A stretch of DNA of 64,000 nt, from the NCBI GenBank assembly GCA_035414025.1, contig DAONXX010000002.1, positions 23,304 through 87,303 of the forward strand. The letters run 5' to 3'. Every line of letters begins with the position of its first letter. Within the stretch, counting starts at the first letter, position 1. The notes under the pieces are model-generated. The model worked only from the letters and a program-made list of their open reading frames with translations. It was not told the origin of the DNA and made no database searches. The DNA comes from Bacteroidales bacterium. GTDB taxonomy: Bacteria; Bacteroidota; Bacteroidia; Bacteroidales; VadinHA17. Positions 50,088 through 61,204 of the stretch are shown piece after piece. A program made the translations under genes and the position numbers.

Positions 50088-50834
50088 TCATACAATATTG
50101 CCATTCCCATTTGTGATTCGTTTCCAGGCCATTCCTGAAGCTTCCTGTTCTGCTTCTTTCTTTGACCGGCCCTGGCCTGTGCCATACTTTTCCCTGTTTA
50201 TGAAAAGTGTTGAAGAGAATAATGATTTCTTATTGTCGAAATCATATTCCTCCTTGTATGTGAAAATAAGGTTGGCCTTATTTTTCTGGACCCACTCAAA
50301 AATGATGCTTTTGTAGTCGGTATTTGTTTTTACGATACTTTCGAGATCGAGATATTTCCGAAGGACATTATTGATAAACAATTTTTTTGTTTTCTTAAAG
50401 CCTTTATCAATGAAGACCGAACCAATAAGAGCCTCAAACGCATCTCCATACAGGTTCTTGCCGGAGTTGGATGAGTTTACATTACTTATGAGTATCTTGT
50501 TTATTCCCATCGACAGGGCAAGTTGATTAAGGATATCCCTGTTGACTATTCTGGAGCGTATTTTTGTCATAAAGCCTTCGGAGGCATCGGGGAATTCTTC
50601 GAAAAGGTAATCGGAAAGAATGGCATCGAGTACCGCATCACCGAGATATTCAAGCCGTTCATTATTGATTTTTTTACCATCGGGAAGCTTAAATGAAGCC
50701 GAACGATGAATAAAAGCTATTTCATATAGCCTTAGATTTCCGGGTTTGAAGCCAAGGATCTTTTTTAAGCGGGACCCGAACTCCCGTTTGTCAAGTAAAT
50801 ATGTGCCATTAAATCTATGCTGTAAGAATGACAC
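50088..50834 (-). CDS. rnc: Ribonuclease III
   Basis: 248 aa. RNase III signature NERLEYLGDAVLD and a C-terminal dsRBD (…GTGQGRSKKEAEQEAS…). Confidence 0.9.
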   Translation of the reverse strand: MSFLQHRFNGTYLLDKREFGSRLKKILGFKPGNLRLYEIAFIHRSASFKLPDGKKINNERLEYLGDAVLDAILSDYLFEEFPDASEGFMTKIRSRIVNRDILNQLALSMGINKILISNVNSSNSGKNLYGDAFEALIGSVFIDKGFKKTKKLFINNVLRKYLDLESIVKTNTDYKSIIFEWVQKNKANLIFTYKEEYDFDNKKSLFSSTLFINREKYGTGQGRSKKEAEQEASGMAWKRITNGNGNIV

Positions 50835-52084
50835 TAAGTTTCTGCTTTTTTTATTACAACAGAGGCATTATGACCTCCGAACCCGAAAGTATTGCTTATG
50901 GCAACATTCACCTTCCTTTTCTGTGCATTATTTATTGTCAGGTTAAGTTTCGGATTAATTTCAGGATCGGGGATCCTGAAATTAATTGTAGGCGGTATTG
51001 TGTCTCTGACTAATGAAAAAATGACAGCAATGGCTTCTATTGCACCTGCAGCTCCAAGAAGATGGCCAGTCATTGATTTGGTAGAACTAATGTTAAGATT
51101 GAATGCATGTTCTCCGAAAACGTCTATAATAGCTTTGGCTTCAGCAATATCTCCGAGGGATGTTGAAGTGCCGTGGACATTAATATAGTCGATAGCTTTG
51201 GGCTGCAGACCTGCATCCTCGATTGCAAGTTTCATAACATTTCCGGCACCCAGGCCTTCGGGATGCGGTGCAGTCAGGTGATAGGCATCAGCAGTCATTG
51301 CAGCTCCTATGAGTTCAGCGTATATTTTTGCACCTCTGGCTTTTGCATGCTCATACTCTTCAACTACAAGAGCTCCGGCTCCTTCTCCAAGAACAAAACC
51401 ATCACGCGTTTTATCAAAAGGCCTTGAAGCAGTTTTATATTCGGCATTATTTGTTGAAAGGGCCTGCGTGGAATTGAATCCTCCAATGCCTGCTTCATTT
51501 ATGCAAGCCTCCGAGCCTCCGGAAATAAAAACATCAGCTTTCCCCCAACGAATATAATTAATTGCATCTATAAGTGCATTTGTTGATGATGCACAAGCTG
51601 ATACGGTAGCGAAGTTGGGACCTGTAAAGCCGTATTTGATGGAAATTATCCCGGCGGCGATGTCGACAATCATCTTGGGAATGAAAAACGGACTGAACCG
51701 GGGTGTTCCGTCGCCCAGAACGTGTTGTTTTATTAAATCATAAAAGGTATTCAGGCCTCCTATACCTGAACCCCATATAACACCAATCCGGGCCTTATCT
51801 TCCTTTTCAATATCAAGCCCGGAATCTTTTATTGCTTCATCTGCAACAATCAGTGCATACTGAGAGAACAGATCAAGCTTATTTGCTTCTTTCCTGTCAA
51901 AGAAATCAGCAGAGTTGTAGCCCTTTAATTCACATGCAAATTTGGTCTTGAACTTCTCGGTATTAAACCGGGAGATCATTACTGCCCCGCTTAATCCCTT
52001 TTCAAGCCCTTCCCAATAATCATGCAAATTATTACCTATGGGAGTCAATGCTCCGAGGCCGGTAACTACAACTCTTCTCATCAA
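50834..52084 (-). CDS. fabF: 3-oxoacyl-ACP synthase II
   Basis: 416 aa. Active-site Cys (…ATVSACASS…), His motifs (…HGTSTSLGD…, …KSMTGHLLGAAG…). Confidence 0.95.
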   Translation of the reverse strand: MMRRVVVTGLGALTPIGNNLHDYWEGLEKGLSGAVMISRFNTEKFKTKFACELKGYNSADFFDRKEANKLDLFSQYALIVADEAIKDSGLDIEKEDKARIGVIWGSGIGGLNTFYDLIKQHVLGDGTPRFSPFFIPKMIVDIAAGIISIKYGFTGPNFATVSACASSTNALIDAINYIRWGKADVFISGGSEACINEAGIGGFNSTQALSTNNAEYKTASRPFDKTRDGFVLGEGAGALVVEEYEHAKARGAKIYAELIGAAMTADAYHLTAPHPEGLGAGNVMKLAIEDAGLQPKAIDYINVHGTSTSLGDIAEAKAIIDVFGEHAFNLNISSTKSMTGHLLGAAGAIEAIAVIFSLVRDTIPPTINFRIPDPEINPKLNLTINNAQKRKVNVAISNTFGFGGHNASVVIKKAET

Positions 52085-52106
52085 AGGGATTATTAGCTAT
52101 GCAAAT

Positions 52107-52343
52107 CTATTTTGCATTTTCCTCAATGTACTTGATAGCATCACCAACGGTGCTTATGGTTTCTGCCTGATCATCAGGAATACCAATATTAAATTCCTTT
52201 TCAAATTCCATGATCAGCTCAACAGTATCAAGAGAATCTGCACCAAGATCATTTGTAAAACTGGCTTCAGGGGTAACTTCTGATTCGTCTACTCCAAGCT
52301 TATCAACAATAATCTCTTTTACTCTTGTGGCAATGTCTGACAT
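52107..52343 (-). CDS. acpP: Acyl carrier protein
   Basis: 78 aa. Phosphopantetheine site [11 protein letters not shown]. Confidence 0.95.
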   Translation of the reverse strand: MSDIATRVKEIIVDKLGVDESEVTPEASFTNDLGADSLDTVELIMEFEKEFNIGIPDDQAETISTVGDAIKYIEENAK

Positions 52344-52522
52344 AATGATAAAATTTAATTAATAATAATTTTAAGATGATGCAAAGAAATATATTTGTAG
52401 TTTATTTTTCAAATGATTTCCTGTTTTTTATTGAATAGATAAAATAATAAATTGATTTTGAGATAAATATATAAATTTTTCAAATTCTTAAATATATTTT
52501 CTAAAATACTAATTGCTTTATA

Positions 52523-53092
52523 ATGAAAAACATAGCGATATTTGCATCAGGATCAGGCACGAATGCTGAAAATATAATTAAATATTTTTCGAACAGAAAA
52601 ACAGCGAAAGTAGTACTTGTCCTTTCAAATCATCGTGAAGCCTATGTACTTAAAAGGGCTGCAAATAATAACGTAAATTCATTTTTTTTCGACCGTAATG
52701 ACTTTTATAATACCCGGCACGTTCTTGACGCACTCCTTTCGAATGATATTGATTTTGTAGTCTTGGCTGGTTTTCTTTGGCTTATTCCCGATAATATTCT
52801 GGAAGAATATAAGGGAAGAATAATTAATATTCACCCCGCATTGTTGCCCAAATATGGAGGCAAAGGGTTTTACGGCGACAAAGTGCATAAGGCTGTTATA
52901 GCTGATGGCGAAAAGGAATCGGGGATTACGATACATCATGTTAACAGGAACTATGATGAAGGAGATATAATTTTTCAGGCAAAATGCAAAGTCGATCCCT
53001 CAGATACTTGCGAATCACTTGCAGCAAAGATTCATATTTTAGAATATGAGCATTTTCCGAGGGTTATTGAGACTATGATATCCGATCTTTAA
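52523..53092 (+). CDS. purN: Phosphoribosylglycinamide formyltransferase
   Basis: 189 aa. …IAIFASGSGTNAE… and …NIHPALLPKYGG…. Confidence 0.9.
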   Translation: MKNIAIFASGSGTNAENIIKYFSNRKTAKVVLVLSNHREAYVLKRAANNNVNSFFFDRNDFYNTRHVLDALLSNDIDFVVLAGFLWLIPDNILEEYKGRIINIHPALLPKYGGKGFYGDKVHKAVIADGEKESGITIHHVNRNYDEGDIIFQAKCKVDPSDTCESLAAKIHILEYEHFPRVIETMISDL

Positions 53093-53098
53093 GTAATA

Positions 53099-54340
53099 TC
53101 AGAAAGTATCAAGGAGGCTTAATACAACAAGTTTATTCTTTTTGAAGCGCTCCATGTTTTCCTCTGAAACAGGTTTTACGGGAGGTGCTTCTACCTTCAG
53201 GGGATCTACCGGTGAGCCGTTCATATAAAACCTGAAATCGAGGTGAGGCCCGGTTGATAATCCGCTGCTTCCCACATAGCCTATGACATCACCCTGTTTT
53301 ACAAACGAACCGGGAGCGATACCTTCGGCGTAGCGGCTTAAATGCAGGTAGGCTGTTGAATAAACACTGTTGTGTACAATTCTGACCATTCTGCCTGATT
53401 CGCCGTCTGAACGCATCTCGCTAACTTTTCCGTCTCCGACTGTATAAACCGGTGTTCCTACAGGGGCTGCATAATCGACACCATAATGTGGTCTTCTGAT
53501 CCTTAATATAGGGTGTAACCTTGATCCTGAAAAACGGGATGTTATCCGGGAGAATCTCAGGGGAGCCTTCAGGAATGCTTTCTGCAGGCTGTTACCATCT
53601 GTATCAAAATAAGTTTCGGTACTATCCTGAATGAAAGGTATGGCAGTTATTTTTTTACCTGCCCATGTAAATTCGGCGCCATAGATCCTGCCAATACCAA
53701 ATGATTCACCATCTATTAACAACTCTTCATAGATTGCCTTGTATGAATCGCCTTTCTGCAGTCCAAAAAAATCAACTGTCCAGGCAAAAATTTCAGATAA
53801 TTCTATTGCAAGAGAAGGATGTTGATCAGCCGCAATCATAGATTCCCAGAGGGATGTCTCGATCGTTCCGCTGGAATATCTTATTATCCCGTTTATTTCT
53901 TTCTTATATGGGGTTATGTTAAGTGAATCATTGAAACTGAAGATATAGCATGTGGCAGGATCATGTTCATAGATCATATATCTTGCCCTTCCAAGCGAGT
54001 CGTTTTCACATAGCAGAGTATAATGATTTCCGGATCTTAATTTTCTTACATCAAAGACAGTATCGGAATTTCTCAGTACCTGCTCAAGTTCCTGAAGTGG
54101 CACACCATATTCAGAAAGCAATTCTGAGAGAAATCTGTTACGTTTAATATACCCGGTTATTATGTTAAAAGAATCAGCCGGAATGCCGAATACAAGAACA
54201 GGCTCCCTGGTTTCGGTATAGGTGAGCGTATCAGGTAACGGCAAAAGAGGTTCAGGTGCTTCTTTGTTGGAGTGGCTGCAGGAAAATAACAGTATAATTA
54301 TTGTCAGCAGAAATATTATTTTTCCTGAATAATTCATCAA
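53099..54340 (-). CDS. M23-family metallopeptidase (peptidoglycan endopeptidase-like), secreted/lipoprotein
   Basis: 413 aa. HxxxD motif (HYGVDYAAP). The second motif reads GPHLDFRF (H-x-D instead of the classic H-x-H), which I believe is common in the Bacteroidota subfamily. Signal with …LLFSCS. Confidence 0.8.
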   Translation of the reverse strand: MMNYSGKIIFLLTIIILLFSCSHSNKEAPEPLLPLPDTLTYTETREPVLVFGIPADSFNIITGYIKRNRFLSELLSEYGVPLQELEQVLRNSDTVFDVRKLRSGNHYTLLCENDSLGRARYMIYEHDPATCYIFSFNDSLNITPYKKEINGIIRYSSGTIETSLWESMIAADQHPSLAIELSEIFAWTVDFFGLQKGDSYKAIYEELLIDGESFGIGRIYGAEFTWAGKKITAIPFIQDSTETYFDTDGNSLQKAFLKAPLRFSRITSRFSGSRLHPILRIRRPHYGVDYAAPVGTPVYTVGDGKVSEMRSDGESGRMVRIVHNSVYSTAYLHLSRYAEGIAPGSFVKQGDVIGYVGSSGLSTGPHLDFRFYMNGSPVDPLKVEAPPVKPVSEENMERFKKNKLVVLSLLDTF

Positions 54341-54349
54341 CAGCTCTGA

Positions 54350-57013
54350 TTAGTTCTTTATCACTATATTGATTATCCGGTTCGGAACTATGATCAGATT
54401 GGTTAGGGTTCCTGTTGCCAGCCATTTCTTCGCCCTTTCATCATTGAGTACTATATTCCCGATTTCATCTTTCTCCATAGATACGGGCAATTCTATTTTA
54501 AACCTCAGTTTGCCGTTAACGGAAACAGGGTATTCGAAAGTGTCCTCTTTCAGGTACTCTTCATTCACTTCAGGCCAGGGTTCGTATGCAATTGAATTTT
54601 CATTGCCATTGATATTCCACAGTTCTTCAGCAAGATGCGGAGCAAAAGGAGACAGGATTTTTATGAATGTATTTGCAGTTTCCCTTGTTACTTTTCCTTT
54701 TTTCATTGCAAGGTTAAGGAAGATCATCATTGCCGATATTGCAGTATTGAAACGGAGATTTTCAATGTCACTTTCGACCTTTTTGATCGCCTGATTCAGT
54801 CCTTTAAGGATATCCAGACTTTCGGTTTCTTCGGTTATGTTCTTGTCAGTGGCAAAGAACCTGAATGTTCTTGCAAGGAAGTTGTAAACGCCCTTAACGC
54901 CTTTATCATCCCAGGGTTTAATGACATCAAGGGGACCCATGAACATTTCATACAACCTCAGGGAATCAGCTCCATAGCGGGAGACAACATCGTCTGGATT
55001 TACAACATTTTTCAGGGATTTTGACATTTTTGCCACTATCTGCTTTAGTTCAGCTCCGTTTTCTTTACTGTAAAATTTACCATTCCGTTCTTCAACAAGA
55101 TCGGCAGAGATTTTTGCTCCGGCTTCATTTTCATATGCAAATGCCAGTATCATTCCCTGATTAAAAAGTCTCTGATAAGGTTCGTCTGTTGAAACGATAC
55201 CGAGATCAAACAGCACTTTATGCCAGAAACGGCTGTATAACAAGTGAAGGACAGCATGTTCCGCACCTCCTATATAAAGATCGACAGGCATCCAGTATCT
55301 TTCTTTCTGCGAGTCGAAGATCATGTCATCATTTTTCGGGTCGATGAATCTGAGATAGTACCAGCATGATCCAGCCCATTGGGGCATTGTATTTGTTTCC
55401 CGTCTGCCTTTTCTTCCACAACTGTCTGTTACAGTAAGCCATTCGGTGGCATTGGCCAGTGGTGATTCCCCGGATTCTCCCGGCAGGAATTTTTCAAGTT
55501 CCGGTAGTTCAAGCGGTAATTCATTCTCGTCAATGAGAGTTATTTCTCCATCTTCCCAGTGAATTACAGGGAAAGGTTCACCCCAGTATCTCTGCCGGCT
55601 GAACAGCCAGTCGCGAAGCTTATAATTCACTTTTGTTTTACCGATGTTGTTTTCTTCAAGCCATCCGGTAACTTTTTCAATACCGGCCTCTTTGTTCAGA
55701 CCATTAATATCAAGCAGGGTGTCTTTATTTGCCGAATTAATGTATCTGCCATCTTCTGTCCAGCATTCCCTGCCAGCCAGTACTTTTTCTCTCTGAGCCT
55801 GATCTTCCACGTCCGGGTCCATGATACATACTATCGGGAGATTAAATTTCTGTGCGAATTCAAAATCGCGGGTATCATGAGCGGGCACTGCCATAATAGC
55901 ACCTGTTCCGTAACCGGTAAGCACATAATCAGCAACCCATATTGGGATTTTCTTGTTATTGACCGGATTTATCGCATAACGGCCGGTAAATACTCCTGTT
56001 TTTTCGTGGGCAAGATCGGTACGGTCGAGATCCGATTTCAGTGAAGCAAGCTTTATATATTGTTTCACACCATCCCTGTGTTCATCAAGGGTAATAAGGT
56101 CAATGAGAGCGTGTTCGGGTGCAATTACCATATAAGTTGCTCCGAAGAGGGTATCGGGTCGGGTTGTAAAGACAGTCAGTTTTTCATTCAGCCCATCAAT
56201 TGTAAAATCAACTTCTGCACCTGTTGACCGCCCGATCCAGTTTCGCTGCATTTCCTTTATACCTTCAGGCCAGTTGAGCTTATCAATACCAGACAGAAGT
56301 CTTTCAGCATAAAGGGGTATCCTGAGCATCCATTGTTTCAGGTTCTTTTTTTCGACCCGGTTACCGCATTTCTCATGGGACCCGTCAAAGAGGACTTCTT
56401 CATTGGCGCAAACTATCCTGCAGTCAGGACACCACCACACCTGAGCGTTATCATAATAGGCAAGACGCCTTGAATCGATGTATTTCTTTATTCCTGTATT
56501 TCCGGAAAGCTTTATTTCTTCAGGAATCGGAAGTTCGGAAACAGGTCTTCCTTTCTGCAGTTTTTCATCAAACCATGTATTATATAATCTTATAAAGATC
56601 CACTGGGTCCATTTGTAGTATTTCGGATCGGTAGTGTTAATTTCCCTGTCCCAGTCATAGCTCAGTCCAAGTTCCTTTATCTGTCTTCTGAAAGTGTCGC
56701 AGTTGTTCTTTGTAGTTATGGAGGGGTGAGTTCCTGTCTGGATTGCATATTGTTCAGCCGGCAGTCCGAAAGCGTCCCATCCCATGGGGTGGAGTACATT
56801 AAACCCCATCATCCTTTTATACCTTGCATAGATGTCGGTAGCCGTGTAACCTTCGGGATGTCCCACGTGAAGGCCGGCCCCGGAAGGATAAGGGAACATG
56901 TCAAGCACATAGCATTTCTTCGGGTTGCTCAGGTCCTCGGGTGTTTTAAAGGTTTTATTTCGCTCCCAGTATTCCTGCCACTTCTTTTCAATCTCTCTGA
57001 AATTGTATTCCAT
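54350..57013 (-). CDS. leuS: Leucine--tRNA ligase
   Basis: 887 aa. HIGH-type motif (HVGHPEGY), KMSKS (KMSKSLKN). Typical LeuS N-terminus (…[12 protein letters not shown]…). Confidence 0.95.
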   Translation of the reverse strand: MEYNFREIEKKWQEYWERNKTFKTPEDLSNPKKCYVLDMFPYPSGAGLHVGHPEGYTATDIYARYKRMMGFNVLHPMGWDAFGLPAEQYAIQTGTHPSITTKNNCDTFRRQIKELGLSYDWDREINTTDPKYYKWTQWIFIRLYNTWFDEKLQKGRPVSELPIPEEIKLSGNTGIKKYIDSRRLAYYDNAQVWWCPDCRIVCANEEVLFDGSHEKCGNRVEKKNLKQWMLRIPLYAERLLSGIDKLNWPEGIKEMQRNWIGRSTGAEVDFTIDGLNEKLTVFTTRPDTLFGATYMVIAPEHALIDLITLDEHRDGVKQYIKLASLKSDLDRTDLAHEKTGVFTGRYAINPVNNKKIPIWVADYVLTGYGTGAIMAVPAHDTRDFEFAQKFNLPIVCIMDPDVEDQAQREKVLAGRECWTEDGRYINSANKDTLLDINGLNKEAGIEKVTGWLEENNIGKTKVNYKLRDWLFSRQRYWGEPFPVIHWEDGEITLIDENELPLELPELEKFLPGESGESPLANATEWLTVTDSCGRKGRRETNTMPQWAGSCWYYLRFIDPKNDDMIFDSQKERYWMPVDLYIGGAEHAVLHLLYSRFWHKVLFDLGIVSTDEPYQRLFNQGMILAFAYENEAGAKISADLVEERNGKFYSKENGAELKQIVAKMSKSLKNVVNPDDVVSRYGADSLRLYEMFMGPLDVIKPWDDKGVKGVYNFLARTFRFFATDKNITEETESLDILKGLNQAIKKVESDIENLRFNTAISAMMIFLNLAMKKGKVTRETANTFIKILSPFAPHLAEELWNINGNENSIAYEPWPEVNEEYLKEDTFEYPVSVNGKLRFKIELPVSMEKDEIGNIVLNDERAKKWLATGTLTNLIIVPNRIINIVIKN

Positions 57014-57235
57014 CTTTTAAAAACAGAATTATTATTTATAAAATACTCAGCGTTCACAATAAGTCTGCGAAAATATGAAATCTTTGGGAAATATCTATAA
57101 TCGGGAGCATAACTCCTCTATCCCCATCCCTAATTACCTGCCTCGCAGAGCTTAAAGAAATTATGATTGCATACCATATAAACCAGGCTGATGATTATAA
57201 TTTTAAAAATAGTTGTAAAACCGCTCATATCGTTA

Positions 57236-57243
57236 TAATTTTG
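57236..57243 (+). promoter_or_regulatory. Candidate -7 promoter box for tRNA-Arg
   Basis: TAATTTTG ending 14 nt before the first tRNA base. Confidence 0.4.
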
Positions 57244-57256
57244 AGGCATTGAAACT

Positions 57257-57329
57257 GGTCCCGTAGTTCAATGGATAGAATGACAGATTCCGGTTCTGTT
57301 GGTTGAGCGTTCGAGTCGCTCCGGGATCA
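57257..57329 (+). tRNA. tRNA-Arg (anticodon CCG)
   Basis: Folded by hand into a 73-nt cloverleaf. Acceptor GGTCCCG/CGGGATC (one G-U). D-arm GTTC…GAAT. Anticodon stem ACAGA/TCTGT with loop TTCCGGT. 5-nt variable loop. T-arm GAGCG-TTCGAGT-CGCTC. Discriminator A. CCA is not encoded. Confidence 0.9.
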
Positions 57330-57853
57330 CAACGCTCGCTTTATTACCCTTATTCCCTGGATGCCGTATTATCCCACGGGAGCCTGTCCAGCTCATAAAA
57401 GCAGGCTGATCAATCAGATCATGTGATTCAGCAAAGGAAACTAATTCATTGCAGATATCCGGCACTGCTAACGATCCATTACAGATATCAGTTATGGAGC
57501 TTCCTGTATATTAATAAGTTGCTTAAATAAGGAATTTTCTCTGAAAGCAACCTTTTTCCAGTGAAATCCCTTGATATACAACCAACTAAGTGCAAACTTA
57601 ACATTTTTTAACAAATCTTATTGCATTTTTAATATTTTTTTATAATCTTGCGTCAAGATTTGGAAATTGACTATATTTTTTACTTAACCCTAAAACCCAA
57701 TGCGTATGAACCATTTCAATTCTGGCTGATTTCCTGTTGGTTACCCCAAGGAATTAATCTGTTTTCTATTTCCGTTTTAAAACAGTCATTTTTTACACTG
57801 ACTGCAGGTAAGACTGTAGGTTGGTGTATAAATTTTTTAACCAATTCTAAATT

Positions 57854-60800
57854 ATGAAAAAAATCAATTATTTGCACCGGACAGATTTGAGGTCTTGTCC
57901 GGAAAAACCAAAAAGAATATCGAAATTCTGGATTCTTTTAACTCTGATTGCATTATTTGGTTTCTTCCAGGTTAACGCACAGAATTCTTCTGTTTCCGAT
58001 GAAGGGCTTATTGCTTTAATGAGCAATAGCGACGGGCAGAACAAAGATGAAGCTGTCGTTGACCAGAGGAGGGTGACCGGTACAATCAGGAATGAGCTTG
58101 GCGGTCCCATGATCGGCGCAACAGTTCAGGTTAAAGGTACAACACTTGGTGCATTAACAGATGCTGAAGGAAGATTTTCGGTTGATGTTCCCAATGAAAG
58201 CGCCATTCTTGTTGTTTCTTTTATTGGTTATGTGTCTCAGGAGGTAGCGGTTTCAGGAAAATCGACTATTGATCTTTCCCTGGATCCCTCTGTTGAAAGT
58301 CTTGAAGAAATTGTTGTTGTTGGTTATGGTACACAGAAAAGGACAACAATGACAGGCTCAGTGAGTGTTGTCAAAGGTGACGACGTTGCTAAGGTTCCGG
58401 TATCTAACATTACAAACGCAATGGCTGGTAAATTATCCGGCGTTCTCACCAGGCAATCAAGCGGACAGCCGGGTGAAGATAACGCTGAAATTTATGTCAG
58501 GGGTGTTGCAACAACCGGTTCTGCTGTTCCTTTGGTTGTTATTGACGGGATTGTAAGGAGTACTTCTGTATATAACCCTGCAACTCGTTCTTATACGTTA
58601 AGCAGTAATTTAAATCAGATTGATCCATCAACAATTGAATCTGTAACAATTTTAAAAGATGCTGCTTCAGTTGCACCTTATGGTTTAGCTGGTGCCAACG
58701 GTGTAATATTGGTTACCACTAAAAAAGGACAGGAAGGATTGCCAACTCTTACTTTCAATACCTATTATGGCATTCAAAGTCCAACCTATTATCCTAATCT
58801 TCTCAATGCGGTAGATTACATGAAGATCCGTAATGAAGCTCTTCTTAATGACAATCCGAATACTACTGTTGATAAATTAGCTTTTCATCCGGATGTTATA
58901 GCCAATTACGCCCAACTGCATGCCGAAGACCCTGACAAGTATCCTGACAGCAGGTCAAGAGATTTGGTTGATTTCAACATTCCGATACAAAAGCATGATC
59001 TGCAAATATCAGGAGGAACAAATACACTCAGGTATTTTTCGAGCATCGGATATTTTGGGCAGGCAGGTCTTTTTGACAGGGTCAATTATAACAGGTTCAA
59101 CTATAATCTGAACCTTGATGCAAAAGTTACAAAAACAACAACTGTTGCATTCTCGTTGTTAGGATCAAAAGAAAAGACAAATGACCTTGATGTTGCTTCT
59201 TCATCCGGCCAGATATTCAGAAGTGGTTATAAATTCATTCCCACGGAAGCTATTTATTTCTCAAACGGTTTATGGGGTCAGTTTGCAGGTAACTCACCTG
59301 TTGCTGTTCTGAATGGCGACGGATATGAAACAACCGACAGATACACACTTCTGACAACCGTCTCTGTTGAGCAGCAGATACCCTGGATCCAGGGACTGAG
59401 CGTAAAAGGAGCTTTCAGTTATGATATGAATAATAGTTTCAGAAAGGGCTGGCACACTCCGTTCTATTATTATACTATTGACCTCAATGCTAATCCTCGT
59501 ACCTTTACTCAGGCAATATCGACACAGGAAGGAGGAGCGGCTGCTTATACATACCTTGAACAGCAGATTAACAGAGACCAGAGGTATAACTATCAGGCAT
59601 ATCTCAATTATTCACGTTCATTCGGTCAGCATGATATAACAGGGCTGGTTGTTGCAGAAGCCAGGAACGATGATAGATTAAATCTGTTTGCCCGCAGAAA
59701 TAATTTTGCAATCGGCATAGATGAATTGAGCCTTGGCAGTTCAGATAAAAATGATTTTGATAACAGCGGTTCTTCCTCAGTCGGAGCTCAGCTTGGCTAT
59801 GTTTACAGGCTTGGATGGACATACAAGAGCAGGTATATGGCTGAAGCCTCCGGGCGTTATGACGGGCACTATTATTTTGCCCCCGGCAAAAGATGGGCTT
59901 ATTTCCCGGCCTTCTCGGTTGGATGGAGAATTTCGCAAGAAGATTTCATGAAGAATCTTACATGGCTCGACAACCTGAAACTTAGGGCATCATGGGGTAA
60001 ATCAGGTAACCTTGCTGGTTCACCATACCAGTATCTGTCAGGATATACGCTTGCCGGTAACAGGTATGCTTTCGGAAGCGGAAAAATGGTGCAGGGAGCC
60101 CGTGTAACCCAGGAAAATAATCCCAATATCACCTGGGAGGTTTCACAGAAATCAGATATCGGATTCGAAGCCGGATTATGGAACAGCCTTTTAACAGTTG
60201 AATTTGACTTTTTCTACGAGAAAAGAGCCGGGATGTTGTTAAATCCTGAAGTAACTGTGCCTTTTGAGTATGGGTTAGATCTGGCTCAGGAGAATGCCGG
60301 TAAGATGAACAACTTCGGTTTCGAGGTCATGGTTGGATCAAGAAAACAGTTTCAGAACGGTCTCGATCTTAATGTATCAGCCAATCTCAGTCTTGCAAAG
60401 AACAAGATGATCGAAACATTTGAAACAGCAGCAACATACAACAATCCCAACCGCAGACGCACCGGCAGACCTATGGGTACTCAATTCGGATACAGGGCAC
60501 TTGGCTTCTTCTCAACAGATGAAGATCTTAACGGTGATGGTATTATCAATACAGATCCCAATCTGGGACCGGTTGAATGGGGTTCATCACAGTGGGGAAA
60601 GCTTCGTCCCGGTGATATCAAATACGAAGATCTCAGCGGACCTGATGGTGTTCCCGATGGCAAGATCGACAGTCATGATGAATGTGTGGTCGGTTATCCA
60701 ACTTACCCGCTGATGGCCTATGGATTGAATGCTGGTGCAAACTGGAAAGGCTTTGATCTTAGTCTGTTCTTCCAGGGCTCGGCAATGGTTTCAAGGAGTA

Positions 60801-61177
60801 TTATGAATTTCCAGACATTCCCGTTCTTCAATAATAATAGTAACCTGGATTATGAATACTATAACAATCGCTGGACTCCTGAGAACCAGAATGCCAAATA
60901 CCCGATTGCATGGCCTGCTCCTTCTTCAAATATGCAGCAGCAAAGTTCATTCTGGATGAGACATCTGGCATATCTGAGACTTAAAAACGTACAGTTCGGT
61001 TATACTCTTCCCAGAACAGTAATGAACAAGCTGAAGATACAGAGCATCAGAGTTTATGTTGCAGGACAGAATGTTCTGACTATTCAGAACCTGAAATTCC
61101 TGGACCCTGAAACAAGCAACCAGGTAGGTTACCCTGCTATGAAGACGTTTAACATTGGTGCAAATGTAACCTTTTAA
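57854..61177 (+). CDS. susC: SusC/RagA-family TonB-dependent outer membrane transporter
   Basis: 1107 aa. CarboxypepD_reg-like N-terminal domain (…VTGTIRNELGGPMIGATVQVKGT…), TonB-box/plug region (…EEIVVVGYGTQK…), long beta-barrel ending in a terminal Phe (…GANVTF). No STN/anti-sigma signalling extension. Confidence 0.9.
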   Translation: MKKINYLHRTDLRSCPEKPKRISKFWILLTLIALFGFFQVNAQNSSVSDEGLIALMSNSDGQNKDEAVVDQRRVTGTIRNELGGPMIGATVQVKGTTLGALTDAEGRFSVDVPNESAILVVSFIGYVSQEVAVSGKSTIDLSLDPSVESLEEIVVVGYGTQKRTTMTGSVSVVKGDDVAKVPVSNITNAMAGKLSGVLTRQSSGQPGEDNAEIYVRGVATTGSAVPLVVIDGIVRSTSVYNPATRSYTLSSNLNQIDPSTIESVTILKDAASVAPYGLAGANGVILVTTKKGQEGLPTLTFNTYYGIQSPTYYPNLLNAVDYMKIRNEALLNDNPNTTVDKLAFHPDVIANYAQLHAEDPDKYPDSRSRDLVDFNIPIQKHDLQISGGTNTLRYFSSIGYFGQAGLFDRVNYNRFNYNLNLDAKVTKTTTVAFSLLGSKEKTNDLDVASSSGQIFRSGYKFIPTEAIYFSNGLWGQFAGNSPVAVLNGDGYETTDRYTLLTTVSVEQQIPWIQGLSVKGAFSYDMNNSFRKGWHTPFYYYTIDLNANPRTFTQAISTQEGGAAAYTYLEQQINRDQRYNYQAYLNYSRSFGQHDITGLVVAEARNDDRLNLFARRNNFAIGIDELSLGSSDKNDFDNSGSSSVGAQLGYVYRLGWTYKSRYMAEASGRYDGHYYFAPGKRWAYFPAFSVGWRISQEDFMKNLTWLDNLKLRASWGKSGNLAGSPYQYLSGYTLAGNRYAFGSGKMVQGARVTQENNPNITWEVSQKSDIGFEAGLWNSLLTVEFDFFYEKRAGMLLNPEVTVPFEYGLDLAQENAGKMNNFGFEVMVGSRKQFQNGLDLNVSANLSLAKNKMIETFETAATYNNPNRRRTGRPMGTQFGYRALGFFSTDEDLNGDGIINTDPNLGPVEWGSSQWGKLRPGDIKYEDLSGPDGVPDGKIDSHDECVVGYPTYPLMAYGLNAGANWKGFDLSLFFQGSAMVSRSIMNFQTFPFFNNNSNLDYEYYNNRWTPENQNAKYPIAWPAPSSNMQQQSSFWMRHLAYLRLKNVQFGYTLPRTVMNKLKIQSIRVYVAGQNVLTIQNLKFLDPETSNQVGYPAMKTFNIGANVTF

Positions 61178-61204
61178 TTATCACATTTTTAAAAATTGTA
61201 TATT

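Noticed and set aside
57268-57465. A 65-aa minus-strand ORF.
   Set aside because: It overlaps the tRNA-Arg gene on the opposite strand and has no supporting features.
57330-57853. An integrated mobile element or remnant at the tRNA-Arg 3' end.
   Set aside because: No integrase or transposase ORF is present. I could find no duplicated copy of the tRNA 3' segment downstream in this window. The flanking genes (leuS, susC) look native.
57648-57857. A 69-aa plus-strand ORF immediately upstream of susC.
   Set aside because: It has a non-ATG start and an unremarkable hydrophobic, aromatic composition from AT-rich leader sequence. It runs into the susC start. It is most likely untranslated leader.
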